Positions 10,374-21,904 of a DNA stretch of 64,000 nucleotides are shown here, piece by piece (position 1 is the first letter of the stretch; each line of letters begins with the position of its first letter). The notes below the pieces were generated by a model that saw only the letters and a program-made list of their open reading frames with translations, ran no database searches and was not told the origin of the DNA. The stretch spans positions 992,001-1,056,000 of the forward strand of contig JAWMAR010000165.1 in assembly GCA_036785375.1 (NCBI GenBank), in the 5' to 3' direction. This DNA is from Leucoraja ocellata (taxonomy: Eukaryota). A program made the translations under genes and the position numbers.

Positions 10374-12019
10374 GATGCTGTTTGTTCACTAATATTCTCT
10401 AACAAACCGCTGTGGCCTTCACAGAACAGCTGTATTTATACTGAGATTAGATTACACACAAGTGGACTCTATTTACTAATTAGGTGACTTCTGAAGGCAA
10501 TTGGTTGCATTGGATTTTATTTAGGGGTATCAGAGTAAAGGGGGCTGAATACTTTTGCACTTTTCAGTTTTTTATTTGTAAAAAAATTTGAAAACCATGT
10601 ATCATTTTCCTTCCACTTCACAATTATGCGCCACTTTGTGTTGGTCTATCACATAAAATCCCAATAAAATACATTTACGTTTGTGGTTGTAACGTGACAA
10701 AATGTGGAAAAGTTCAAGGGGTATGAATACTTTTGCAAGCCACTGTAAATGCATGAGAATGGAAGCCAACTCTTCTCACCCTTCATTCAGCAAAGCCACC
10801 ATCTTAGGAACCAGCCTGCACTCTCACAATGGCAAGGACATCCTTCTCTAGTTAAGAAAACTGAACACATTCGTTTCCTTTTGTACCAAACCTACTTTGA
10901 CCCATGTCTAAGATTACACCATGCAATATCAGAAGGATATTGGTTCTTTTCCCAACGTGAAGAAAACTGCACGGGGCCTTGACCACATAATACCTCCCCG
11001 TTCTGCACTTGTTACATTCTTTATTAACGGATTAGAAGATACATCATCGAAACAGGACCGTCGGCACACCAAGTCCGCACCATTCACATTAGTTCTGTTA
11101 TCCCACTTTCTCATCCACTCTCCACAAACTAAATTACAGCCGCTAATTAACCTACTAACCCACACGTGTTTGGGATGTGGGGGAAACCGGAGCTTCCGGA
11201 GGAAACCCACAACGTTAGGTAGTTTTGTTTATAGTCACGTGCACCGAGGTACAGCAAAAAGTACTGCACGTGACCAGTCAGCAGAAAGTCTAGACATGAT
11301 TTCAATCGACTGCACATGACTACAGTCGAGGCGTCCACAGTGTACTGATGCAGGATCTAAGGAATAACGGGAGGGCGTACAAACCTCACACGGACAGCAG
11401 CCGAGGTTAGGATCGAACCTGGCACGGTGAAGCAGCAGCTCTACCAGCTACACCGCTGTGCCTCCCCACCATCTCACACCATCGAAAAGTATCTCCTAAC
11501 CAAAGATAAAGATTCTACAACTCCCGCTGTGCTGTTAGAAATCCAGCAAAATCCCAGATTGTGGTGGAGGAAATGGGATTTGGGATATACCGGACCCAGG
11601 TCATGCCGCTAAGCGTACCTGGGTTGGTGCGTGTCTGTGGGCAGTTCTCAGGCAGGAGCTAATCGAGGGCAACGCGTACACAGGTTGTACTATGTAATAC
11701 TGTTGATAGCGACACACTGTAAAGTTCATCTCAGAAATGGAATCATGGAAAATCCATAGCCTGAGAGGCCATTCGTTCCATCCTTTCTATTCTGATTGAT
11801 AAAAGGCACCTTGGGCCAGTGGCATATTTCAGTGCTGGCTACAGAAAATGGCTCTTCAATTACACATTCAAGTACTGCTACAATGCGATGAGACCTTCTG
11901 TCTCTCCCACCCTCAGGCAACGGGTTCCTATCACACTACGTCCTCTCTGGCTGAGACCATCTCCCTCATCGCCCCACAAACCATCCCACCAATGATTTGA
12001 CTGTTTTTTACTTCACTTT

Positions 12020-12620
12020 TAAGGAAAAATCTCAACCCCTGGGCCTCTCATTATTTTCTCCAGCAGGCTAGGTTTCTTTGTAAGCCTCTGCTGCAAAGAA
12101 AACAAGACAAGCTTATCCAATCTCTCTGCCAGCTAGCCACATCTTTCCAGTCTTAGCAACGTCCTTGCAAACCTCCTCTGCACCCTCTTCAGTGCAAGCA
12201 CTTTCCAGTAACGTGGCAACAGGATCTATATGCAGTTGACACGGTGCGGCCTCAATAATATTCTGCATACTTCTCCCATAACTTCCCTGCTCTTACAAAC
12301 TCTGAGATTCTGCAACAAGCAGTAAGCATTGTGAATGTGTTTTTTTAATTCTTTGTTGAACTGCACTTTTACCCTGAAGGATCTATGGACAAGCACTCTT
12401 CCTCTCCACACTGCCCAGAATCTTCCCATCTATTGTATCATCGCCTAGTTGTACCTTCCCATGGCATTATCTCACACTTTGCTGGATTACATTTTATTTT
12501 TCTATCTTACTGGTCAGACCATCTGTATCTTCCTGAAGTCTAGAGTTTCTGCCTCGCAGCCATTTTTTAATATCTCGTTTGCAACTTTCATTCCCGTGCC
12601 CTTACACCCTTGTTAAAATT
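12020..12620 (-). mobile_element. Old degraded CR1 LINE fragment
   Basis: Reverse strand resembles KSREVM...LLRPH...CI of the CR1 RT C-terminus; heavily mutated. Confidence 0.5.
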
Positions 12621-13230
12621 ATTAACACATTTACCAAAAAGCAAGGCCAACATTTTCAACCAACATGCCACACGGGACTGATTTATGCAGTCCCTCAGAA
12701 TGGATTCCAAACTTCTATAACCACTGGAGTTCAAATAACCGGCCTGTAATTACTCCCTGTTATAAACAGTGGCAGTGGTTGGCACCCCTCCAGTCTTCTG
12801 GCATCACAACCCGAGCCTCAGTTACCGCCGGGATTTGCGCAGCACAGTGGTGCAGCTGGTAGCGCTGCTACCTCACACTTCCAGAGACCCAGGTTGGATC
12901 CTGAACTCCACCGCTGTCTGTATGGAGTTTGCATGGGTCGCTCCTACCTCATCCCACATCCCAGAGACGTGCGGGTTGGCCACTGTAAATCTGCCACTGT
13001 ATATGTGTGGGTGACGGGAGGGGGAGTTGATGGGATATGTGGGGTGGGGAAAATGGGATCAGTCCAAGTGAGTACTTGATGGTTGATGTGGACTCACTGG
13101 GCTGAAGAGGCTACAGTATCTCTGTACCGAATGGCACTGATTCAGTGACGAGTTCAACAGCAAACGCGCAGGTCCCTCTGTGGAGTTTGTATCCCAGCCT
13201 CTACAGCACAGACTCAGTAGCAACATCAGG

Positions 13231-13495
13231 GGGCGGCATGGTGGCGCAGCGGTAGAGAAGCTGCCTTACGGCGCCGGAGAGCCGGGTTCGATCCTGACTA
13301 CGAGTGCTGACTGGTCGGAGTTTGTACATTCTCCAGCGTAGGTTTTCTACATTCTACATATCCCACATTCTACTGATTTGTAGGTTAATGAGCTTTGTTA
13401 AGTTGTATAATTGTCCCTAGTGTTTGTAAGTTAATGTACAGGGTCGGCACGGACCGAGTGGGTCGAAGGGCCCGTCTTCACGCTGTATCTCTAAA
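13231..13495 (+). mobile_element. tRNA-derived SINE (V-SINE/HE1-like) with CR1-like 3' tail
   Basis: Pol III A box TGGCGCAGCGG and B box GGTTCGATCC (13285-13294); 3' GGGTCGAAGGGCC...CTGTATCTCTAAA; at least 20 related full or partial copies in the window. Confidence 0.85.
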
Positions 13496-13962
13496 GTCAG
13501 TCACAGCCACACAGCCAGCAATGGTCTGGCTTCTGAAGGTTTATGCCTGGCAGGAGCTTGCATGCTTCAGGGGGAACACGGAACATGCAACAGGGAGCAG
13601 TAGAGCACAGCTGACAGTGTATGCTGCGCATGTTGCCGATCCAAACCAACCCCAATTCCGAACGTGATTCCTCCTGTTCATTGCCTGCCTTGTAAACACT
13701 GCCATCACATCAGCTTCCACAGCCTCCTCAGACTTCTTATTTACCGTTAACACATCTGAGATGGCTGTTCAATGTTCAATATGCCATGATTAGAGTGATG
13801 CCAGGATTGAGTAGTGATGCTCAAGAAATATTGTCTTATTTCTGCACTGCCTCAATTTGCTTTTCATAATATGAGACCAGGTCTGTTTGGAGCACTGCAT
13901 TTAGTTTAGTATCAAGATTCTCTATGGAAACAGGCTCTTTGATACAATATGATTTAGAAGAA

Positions 13963-14851
13963 GGATTTGCAGATGACACAAAGCTGGGTGGAAGTGTGAA
14001 CTGCGAAGAGGATGCCATGAGTATGCAGGGTGATTTGAACAGGTTGGGTGAGTAGGCAGATGCATGGCAGATGCAGTATAACGTGGATCAATGTGAGGTT
14101 ATCCACTTTGGTGGCAAGAACGGAAAGGCAGATTATTATCTGAATGGTGTCAGGTTACGAAAAGAGGACAATGAGAACTGGGTGTTCTTGTACATCAGTC
14201 ACTGAAAGTAAACATGCAGGTACAACAGGCAGTGAAGAAAGCTCATAATGAGATGAGTTGAATATAGGAGCAAAGAGGTATTTTTGCAGTTGTACAGGGC
14301 CCTGGTGAGACCACACCTGGACTATTGTGTGCAGTTTTGGTCTCCTAATTTGAGGAAGGACATTCTTGCTATCGTGGGAGTGCAGCGTAGGTTCACGAGG
14401 TTAATTCCAGGGAAGGCGGGACTGTCATATGTTGAAAGAATGGAGCGACTGGGCTTGTATACACTGGAATTTAGAAGGATCAGAGGGCATCTTATTGAGA
14501 CATATAAGATTATTAAGGGATTGGACACGCTGGAGGCTGGAAACATGGTCCCAATGTTGGGGGAGTCCAGAACCACTCTTTAAGAATAAGGGGTAGACCA
14601 TTTAGAACAGAGATGAGGAAAAACTTTTTCACCCAGAGAGTTGTGAATCTGTGGAATTCTCTGCCTCAGAAGGCAGTGGCGGCCGATTCTCTGGATGTTT
14701 TCAAGTTAGAGCTCTTAAAGATAGCAAAGGGATATGGGGAGAAGGCAGGAACAGGGTATTGATTGTGAATGATCAGCCATGATCACAGTGAATGGCGGTG
14801 TTGGCTCGATGGGCCGAATGGCCTACTCCTGCACCTATTGTCTACTGTCTA
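13963..14851 (+). mobile_element. CR1 LINE 3' fragment with (CTATTGT)-type tail
   Basis: FADDTKLGG at start; ORF 14284-14583 LYRALVRPHLDYCVQFWSP..LEFRRIRGHLIETYKI; tail CCTATTGTCTACTGTCTA. Confidence 0.9.
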
Positions 14852-15743
14852 CACTTTAACGACCATGTTGTTTTCACAGAGGCAAATCTTTGGGAGCTGA
14901 GAGGGAACCAGAGCAACTGGAGAAAACCCACATAGTCACAGGGAGGACAGGCAAACTCCACGCAGACAGTTCCCAAGGTCAGGATTAAATGGGTCTCTGT
15001 GAGGCAACAGCTCTGTCCGCTGTGCCACTGTGCTGCCCTGATTTGGTTCCGTCAAGGTCCTATAATCTGAAATGATGTTATAAACAGGAGCGCAGATGCT
15101 GGTTTATATTAAAGATAGACACAAAATGCTGGAGTAACTCAGCAGGTCAGCATTTCGGAAGAAAAAGAGAAAATGGAGAAAATGTGTGAAGAAGGGTCCC
15201 GACCCGAAATGTCACCTATCCATTTTCTCCAGAGATACTGTCTGGCCCGTTGAGTTACTCCAGCACTTTGTGTCCATCTCTGTGACGTAAACTTCCATCC
15301 CTCAGGAAATAAATTCCAAAGATGTGGGGGGGTTTTAAATGCCTTATTAAACTCCAGTATCGATAATGATTGCGTATGATCTATATTTCAAGATCCCTCA
15401 CCACACAACAACAGTGTTAAAGGAGCTTCTTGTGCTTCCTACCAAAGTGCACCATTTCACAATTCTCTATGTTGTAATTCTATTGCTAATTGCTCTGTTT
15501 ATTTGTGTCTGGCACGTTGTCACAGCTCAGCTCTGCATTAACCACACGTTTCATTGGAAGAGTTCCTCAGAATACCATCTTCACCCCAACTATCTTCATC
15601 TGCTACGTTAATTATCTTTTTTTCATAATGAAGTCGAAAGTGGCAATTATTTGTTGCTGATTGCACAGAAATATCTTATTCAATCTAAAGAGTCAATCAC
15701 TCTCTCCAATTTGTTTTGAAACTAATGTCCAAGGATCACCTTA

Positions 15744-15967
15744 AGGGCCTGTCCTATTTTCATGACCTAACACGACCTCTGCTGAGTTTACCCTTGACTC
15801 GTACTCGCAGCATGGTCGTCACGAGGTCGCAGGAGGTCATAGCAGGCCGTGATGCTAGCCGTAGGTACTCGTGGCATCAAGTAGGTCGGGGCGTTTCTCT
15901 AGCATGATGAAAAATGGCCAAGAGTAAAAAAGGTCGTGGATTAGGTTGTGAAAGTGGGACAGGCCCT
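15744..15967. mobile_element. MITE, PIF/Harbinger-type
   Basis: TIRs AGGGCCTGTCC / GGACAGGCCCT; TTA on both sides (15741-15743, 15968-15970); no ORF. Confidence 0.85.
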
Positions 15968-16059
15968 TTACTTCACATCAACTATTTCATTCTTTTATTT
16001 TGTTTGTTTCTACTTCATTCCATTAATCCGTATTTTTAAATTCCATGCCTCAAGAGCCG

Positions 16060-16512
16060 AGGTTCTGTGAACTTGTCTTCACTGGTGGTAGAGAGAGTCA
16101 ACAACAAGCTCCTGGCCTTGTATATCGCTGAGGATTGGCCTGGTCCCAGCACATTGATGCAATCACAAGGAAAGCCTGTCAACACATCTACTTCTTTCCA
16201 AGACTGAGGAGGTTCTGTATGTTGATGAACTTCTACTGGTGTACGATAGAAAGCATGTTGATTGGTTGCATCACGGCCTGCTTTGGCAATTCAAACTGCC
16301 CAGGATAAAGGAGATTACAGAGAGAGGTGTGGACACTGGCCGTTCATCACAGGTACTGATCTCCCCACCATCGAAGGGGATCTATAGGAGGCACCGTACA
16401 CTGTGGATGACTTGCTTGTAACCACGTATTGTCTTTCTGCTGACTGGTCAGCACACAACAACAGCTTTTTACAGCACCTCAGTGCACATGACAATAAACT
16501 AAACTAAACTAA
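16060..16512 (+). mobile_element. Degraded Rex1/Babar-type LINE fragment with (TAAAC)n tail
   Basis: Homologous to 1055-1640; AATAAACTAAACTAAACTAAA at 16493-16513. Confidence 0.65.
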
Positions 16513-16549
16513 AATACACACTTGGGGCGATTTTACAGAGGCCAATTAA

Positions 16550-16765
16550 AGGGCCTGTCCCACTTTCACAACCTCTGCCGAGTTTGCCCTTGACTCGTAC
16601 TCCCAGCATGGTCGTCACGAGGTCGTAGGAGGTCGTAGGTAGCTTGTGATGCTAGTCGTATGTATTCATGGCATCAAGTAGGTCGGGGCATTTTTTCTAG
16701 CCTGATGAAAAATGTCCACAAGTAAAAAGGGTTGTGAATTAGGTCGTGAAAGTGGGACATGCCCT
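16550..16765. mobile_element. MITE, same subfamily as 15744-15967
   Basis: AGGGCCTGTCCCACTTTCAC / GTGAAAGTGGGACATGCCCT; flanks TAA and TAG; interior nearly identical to 15744 copy. Confidence 0.85.
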
Positions 16766-16799
16766 TAGCCCACTTTTTATTCTCCCCACATTCCCATCA

Positions 16800-17017
16800 A
16801 CTCCCATCCTCTGAGTTTCATCTACACACTGGGAGCAATTTACAGAGGGACAATTAACTTACAAGCCCGCACGTCTTTGGGATGTGTGAGGAAACCGCAA
16901 CACCCGGAGGAAACCTATGCTGTCTGGGAACGTGCAAAGTTTCCACAGACAGCACCTGAGGTCAGGATCGAACCCAAGTCGCTAGTGCTGTGAGGCAGCG
17001 TCTCTACCAGCTGTGCC
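16800..17017 (-). mobile_element. tRNA-derived SINE
   Basis: Reverse-strand B box GGTTCGATCC near 16965-16974 and V-domain-like body. Confidence 0.75.
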
Positions 17018-17309
17018 AATGCCCCACCGGCTGGCTTTGATAGTCTGCCTCACAGAGCAGACATCACCTGCCCCGACTCCTGGCCTGTCGACTGGGGTGT
17101 GCAAGGATGTCGTCCACCTGCCCGAGATGTCCCTGGCCACGGGCACCAGTCACTCACCTACTCACCAGGGACCAGGGTGGAGTGCGGAGCATGGCAGTGT
17201 GTAGGGAGTGGATGCGGAAGTGGCATAACATAGAACAAATGTGAATGAGTGATCGATGGTTAGCATGGACTCCGTGGGCCAAAGGGCCTGCTTCCACTCT
17301 GCATCTCTA

Positions 17310-17493
17310 CACTAGTGTATCCACTGCTCATGCAGTAGGTGCTTCCACATCTGGAGGCCAGATGTGTATTGGGTGAGTGCTTTGATGAGCACATCTGTTG
17401 GGTTTGCATGCAGGACCTTGGCCTTCCGATTGCACCTCGTGGTAATTCTCCACCCCAGTCCCCTCCGACCTCTCTGTACTTGGCTTCCTAATC
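17310..17493 (+). mobile_element. Old Penelope GIY-YIG fragment interrupted by the 1040-bp element (continues ~18534-18640)
   Basis: Degenerate similarity to CIxCSxC..YIGET..LGxxFxEH..DLSVLGL segment of PLE endonucleases. Confidence 0.45.
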
Positions 17494-18533
17494 CAGGTAT
17501 GTTACAAAACCTACCTGAATCGTCATTGAGAATCTGACCCAGCCCGTGTGCGCGATTTTGGCGCTGTTTAGAGGGGGCGGGTTTAAAACGCGATTTTTAC
17601 TAGGCTGTTGCAATCGAAAATGTTCAGCCTAGTAAATCATTAACGAAAAATCGCTGAAAGACCCCGTCGCAAAAGGTATTATTAGTTTTTATGGCCTTGT
17701 ATAATAGTTATAGTAGTTTAAAAATCACTCTCTAAAACCGCGACCTCTCGCAGCCCCAGGGTTTTATAAAGCAAACAATTAAAGGTATGTACCTTATTTT
17801 TACATTAAAAGGGGCTTCTTAAGAACCCTGTATATAAAGTTTTCTATAGCGAGTAGCTCATTTTGGGCTCTTTATATCCTGCAGTATTTTTCTGGGCATT
17901 TGAGGGCACAAATCCAGCGCAATGCGAACGTTCTAAACCAGCGCGTTCAGAGGAACCCACTAGAAAGCCGATTTAAAATGGACTTTAATTTACAGCAATT
18001 GAACACTAAATTCCTTCCATTTGGCCTATAAATTGATGTAAATGAGATTTAAAAATCATGTTTTATTGTGAATTATTTGTGAATATTATTTGGACACTTA
18101 GGCTATTTAAAAATGTTAATCATTTATTAAGAAATGGATAGATGTTTAGATCTAGTAATTGAAGTTTGAAATTAGCTACAATTGGGTAACTAACTAATTA
18201 TATGCTTTAATTTCAGGTCATCCAAGTAAGATTATTTTATATTTGTTTCAGAATGGTTCAATCTATGATAACTGAAAATTTCATTCAGTTCTCTTAATTT
18301 TTAAGAAGGTTATGGGCTTTTGACTGTCCACGATCACAGCTTTTTTGTTATGTCCATAGAAAATCAATAGGGAACAAGATGCTAATTTCCGAGTATGGAA
18401 ATGACTATAACTTTTTTATTACTTGAGATATGAAAGTGAATTAGGTGTCAAATTAAACTTATTTTTATGCTTTATCTGATGGGATAAATTGCAGACTTGA
18501 TTTTTTAAATCTCAAAATTTTGTAACATTGCTA
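17494..18533. mobile_element. 1040-bp non-autonomous DNA transposon, copy 1
   Basis: Ends CAGGTATGTTACAAAA / TTTTGTAACATTGCTA (imperfect 16-bp TIR); 7-bp TSD CCTAATC at 17487-17493 and 18534-18540; AT-rich, no ORF. Confidence 0.9.
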
Positions 18534-18739
18534 CCTAATCAGCCCTGGTGAAGCTCAATGTAGCCCCGAGTCACACCATCCAACACTTCAGGAGTCACCA
18601 AGGACTTTGGATAATAATCCCGCTTTCGTTCTTTACTCTCCTCCTCAATTCTTCCATAGAGGCAGGGAATCAGAGAATCACAGAGCTATACAGCATGGAA
18701 AGTGGCCCTTCGGCCCACCTGGTCCATGCCGATCTAGTT

Positions 18740-19030
18740 GCCCACTCCTTCCATCAGGTAGAAGGTGCAAGAGCCTGAAAACTGTGACCACTAGGTTGGA
18801 GAGCAGCTTCTTCCCAACAATCACCAGGCTCTTGAACAATACACACTAACCTCAGCAACTGTGGATTGTCTGTCGATTGACGGAGGACTTTGTTTTGTAC
18901 AAGTATTATAGTTATGAATTTTTTTTAATGATTATATATCAACTGTGCATATTGCATTTACGGGGCATGTTAAGCTGTTTGCAATGGGAGTTTCATTGTT
19001 CCCTTGCCGGTACATATGACAATTAAAGAG
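18740..19030 (+). mobile_element. Rex1/Babar-type LINE 3' end
   Basis: LLPSGRRCKSLKTVTTRLESSFFPTITRLLN in ORF 18607-18849 and ATGACAATTAAA tail. Confidence 0.7.
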
Positions 19031-19519
19031 TCTATTCATGATACTCGACAGTCCCACTATCACTGACAGTCTTTTCATAGGTTGCAGTTTAGATTCGGTT
19101 CATTGACACATTCACCCTGAAGCCATTGCCATGCTTTTACAGTGAAGTCATTCACTCAGTCTTCCCAGCCACGTCCTGCCCGATGCAGGAACGAGAGCAC
19201 TGACTGGTTTAGGTGCTGAGTAACGTTAGGGCTGCTGGGCACAAGTACAAAGGAGCAGGAGGTAATCTTCCAAAATCAGGCACCTTTGCAGAGGTGAAGG
19301 GACGAGAGAAAGCTCTTCCCTCGAGTTATCACTACACCTCTTCGCCCAAACACTGGAGACAAAAGCTTGGCCTTGTGTAGCAGCAACAGCAGCTCAAAGA
19401 GCCAGCACTGGGTAGGAATTCAAAGCCTGCAGATTCAAGCCAGCTGATGCCAACTGCCATTAAAGGGCAAAGAAGGATCAGTAAAAATAAGCGTGGCGTC
19501 AGACCCTGTTGTGAATGGA

Positions 19520-20080
19520 GACACAAGAAACTGCAGGTGCTGGAATTTCGAGTTAAACCCAAAGTGCTGGAGGAACTCAGCGGGTCAGGCAGCATCTGTG
19601 GAGGGAATGGACGGGCGACGTTTTGGGTCGGGACCCTTCTGCAGACTGACTGTGGCAAGGGAGAAAAAGCTGGAAAAGAGAGGTGGGAGCGGGGCAAAGC
19701 CTGGCCAACCATATGTAGGATGGAACTGCAGATGCCGGTTTAAACCAAAGATAGACACAAAAAGCTGGAGCAACTCGGCGGGACAGGCATCATGTCTGGA
19801 GAGAAGGAACGGGTGACGTCTCGGGTCGAGGCTCTTCTTCAAACGTCAGTCTCGACCCGGCTGGAGGTAAAAAGGAGACAAAAGGATGCCAGATCAGGAG
19901 AGGAGATGTGAGATGTGAAACCAGAGGGAGGGAAGTGGATGAGGTGATAAGTGGATAAGGAAGTAGATAAGAGACGAGGAGTGAAATGTAAAGCTGGAGG
20001 GAGGGGGAGGGATGCAGGTGGAAGGGGACAGGGATTGGGGAAAAGGACCAGGATAGTGGGAAGATTGGGTGCGCACCTGT
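19520..20080 (-). mobile_element. Penelope 3' UTR/terminal fragment with a nested second terminal element (~19713-19855)
   Basis: Reverse complement of the C-rich UTR plus hammerhead-like motif seen at 22325-22510 and 61840-62235. Confidence 0.6.
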
Positions 20081-20500
20081 TGTGAATGGGTTTGTTTATA
20101 GGGAAGCCTTGTTTATAGGAATGTATCACAGCATCAGGTTCAAGTGCAGTGCAAGCCCCACGAGCACACAGATCAGGAGCACGGATCAATCATTGCAGGC
20201 GAAGGATGGTTCCACAAACACATTGACACATTGCTACAATATCAGGTTCTCCAGAATCGATCCGTGTCAGCTGCTCAGGAGCTAACTAGCTGTCAACGGA
20301 GGGGAACGGAAAGCCTGACATGATAACGCGCTCACAGCAAGTTAGGGCTGCAGGGCAGCTCCTCACACTTGTAGACCGCTAGTTCAGAAGATGCACGCAC
20401 ACACAGAGCTGCAAGAATACACGCACACACCTGCACTGCCATTGGCAACCTGAATCACCATAGCAACCTCACCGACACTTGTCTCTACAATATGCTCCTT

Positions 20501-20649
20501 TTTTTTTTTTTTCCAAAAAATTTATTCAATTATTAAAAAATAATATTTACACTACAATAAAACAAGCCAGAACCCACCACCATAAATACAATACAAACAT
20601 ATATCCATAATAAACTATTATACAATTATGATACAATCCTTATTGAGGA
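20501..20649 (-). mobile_element. 5'-truncated poly(A)-tailed L1/Tx1-like 3' end
   Basis: Poly(T) at 20499-20512, reverse-strand AATAAA just upstream of the tail; 15-bp TSD TACAATATGCTCCTT at 20486-20500 and 20650-20664. Confidence 0.85.
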
Positions 20650-20664
20650 TACAATATGCTCCTT

Positions 20665-21025
20665 GTCCACTGCTGCTTGAGAGGGACATTGCGTTGTCCA
20701 CGGACACCCTGGGGAATTCTGGGGCCGCTGGGCACCGCGAGGGGGTTAGAATGTATCCTTAAGGATTGTAATATAGTTAGACACAAAATTCTGGAGTAAC
20801 TCAGCAGGACAGGCAGCATCGCTGGAGAGAGGGAATGGGTGACGTTTCGGGTCGACACCCCTCTTCAGGCTGATAATATATGTAATACGTAATATGGTTA
20901 TCTCATATTCAGTTTTAAAGAATACTTGTTTTACTTTGTATTATGGTGGAAGGTTTAATTGTATTGTTTTGTATTGTTTATATTATGGTAAGTGATTGAT
21001 TAAATTTCATTTTGCTTTTTAGAAA
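20665..21025 (+). mobile_element. Older Tx1-like LINE 3' end, interrupted by a hairpin-family half element (~20778-20872)
   Basis: Frameshifted ERDIALSTDTLGxFWGRWAPRGxECIL resembles the Tx1 ORF2 C-terminus; GT-rich UTR; ATGCTCCT at 20656-20663 and 21026-21033. Confidence 0.6.
20841..20868 (-). ncRNA. Minimal type I hammerhead ribozyme core (candidate)
   Basis: Reverse strand CTGAAGA-G-GGGT-GTCG-ACCC-GAAAC-GTC: CUGANGA box, stem II, GAAA box, GUC triplet; stem III is only the ACGT palindrome; stem I weak; activity unknown. Confidence 0.55.
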
Positions 21026-21589
21026 ATGCTCCTCACACTCTGTGTTTACAAGTAAAGGCCGTTATCTCCCATTCTCCCAGTCACCCTGCTCCTTTCCCCA
21101 CCTTGCTACACTCATCTCCCATCCCTGACTCCCTCATTTCCCTTGATTCAGATTCAATTTTAATTGTCATTGTCAGTGTACAGTACAGAGACAACGAAAT
21201 GCATTAAAAATCAATTAATTAATAATAATAATACTCCATACAGACAGCACCCGTAGTCAGGATCGAACCTGGGTCTCTGGCAATGTAAGGCAGCAACTCT
21301 ACCCCAGCGCCCCGGTGCCACCTCTCCAGTTCTTGTATACCCTTCCCCCCACCCCCTCCCCCCCACATCACCCTCCCTTGTCCCCTTCCATCTATATCTC
21401 TCCCCCTCCCTCTGACTTTACCTTTCACTCCTCTGCTCTCCTGATCTAACACCCTTTCCACCTCTACCCTCCAGTCTGTGGTTCAGAGGGGCCTACTCAT
21501 TTGGACTACGTCTTTTTAACCCTTATTTCAATATATGTCAAAATTGTGTTTTTTCCACACTTTGCCCTCTTTCTTGGGGTCTGTGAATT

Positions 21590-21900
21590 TGGCACTTACT
21601 TCTTCAGAAGCTCGTAAACCCTCTTGATCTGTACTAAATTCCGTGATGGGATGATTGATCGCTGGATAGTAGTCAATGGTGGTCACATTTGAAGGTACCT
21701 CACCTGTTGCTGAGACAAATCCAGCCCAAGCTGGAAGCTCTTGACCTTTCTCACTACCCTCTTTCCGGAAAAGCATCCACGCCAGATCTTTTTGTGTACA
21801 CTGTTTGAATGCTTCATCCCCACCATCACCCTTGCAGTCCTGCACACGGAAATCTCGATTTGATTTCCGGCTGACATAGGATGATGGAAGAGGGCCCTCA
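21590..21900 (-). pseudogene. Academ-like transposase fragment
   Basis: DLAWMLFR..QELPAWAGFVSATG..TTIDYYPAINHPITEFSTDQEGLRASEEVS resembles the PxWxGF..IxYxPxIxxPxTxxSTV segment preceding the first catalytic Asp of Academ transposases; recalled similarity, not searched. Confidence 0.6.
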
Positions 21901-21904
21901 CATA

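Larger units (their letters stand above)
8609..10745 (-). mobile_element. Tc1-family (DD34E) DNA transposon, IR/DR type, both ends present
   Basis: TA TSD at 8607-8608 and 10746-10747; ~210-bp TIRs starting CAGTG (8609-~8822, ~10539-10745), each with inner and outer TGCAAAAGT(A/T)TTCA direct repeats. Confidence 0.97.

Noticed and set aside
11619-11729. Minus-strand mini-ORF MNFTVCRYQQYYIVQPVYA...PTQ ending at CAG|gtacgc as an exon
   Set aside because: The donor is phase 0 in that frame, giving an early stop if joined to 7597; the phase-1 frame has only a weak acceptor; unsupported without RNA data
13231-13300. tRNA genes at the many GGTTCGATCC sites
   Set aside because: A and B boxes run into a shared SINE body and LINE-like tail; no complete cloverleaf is evident
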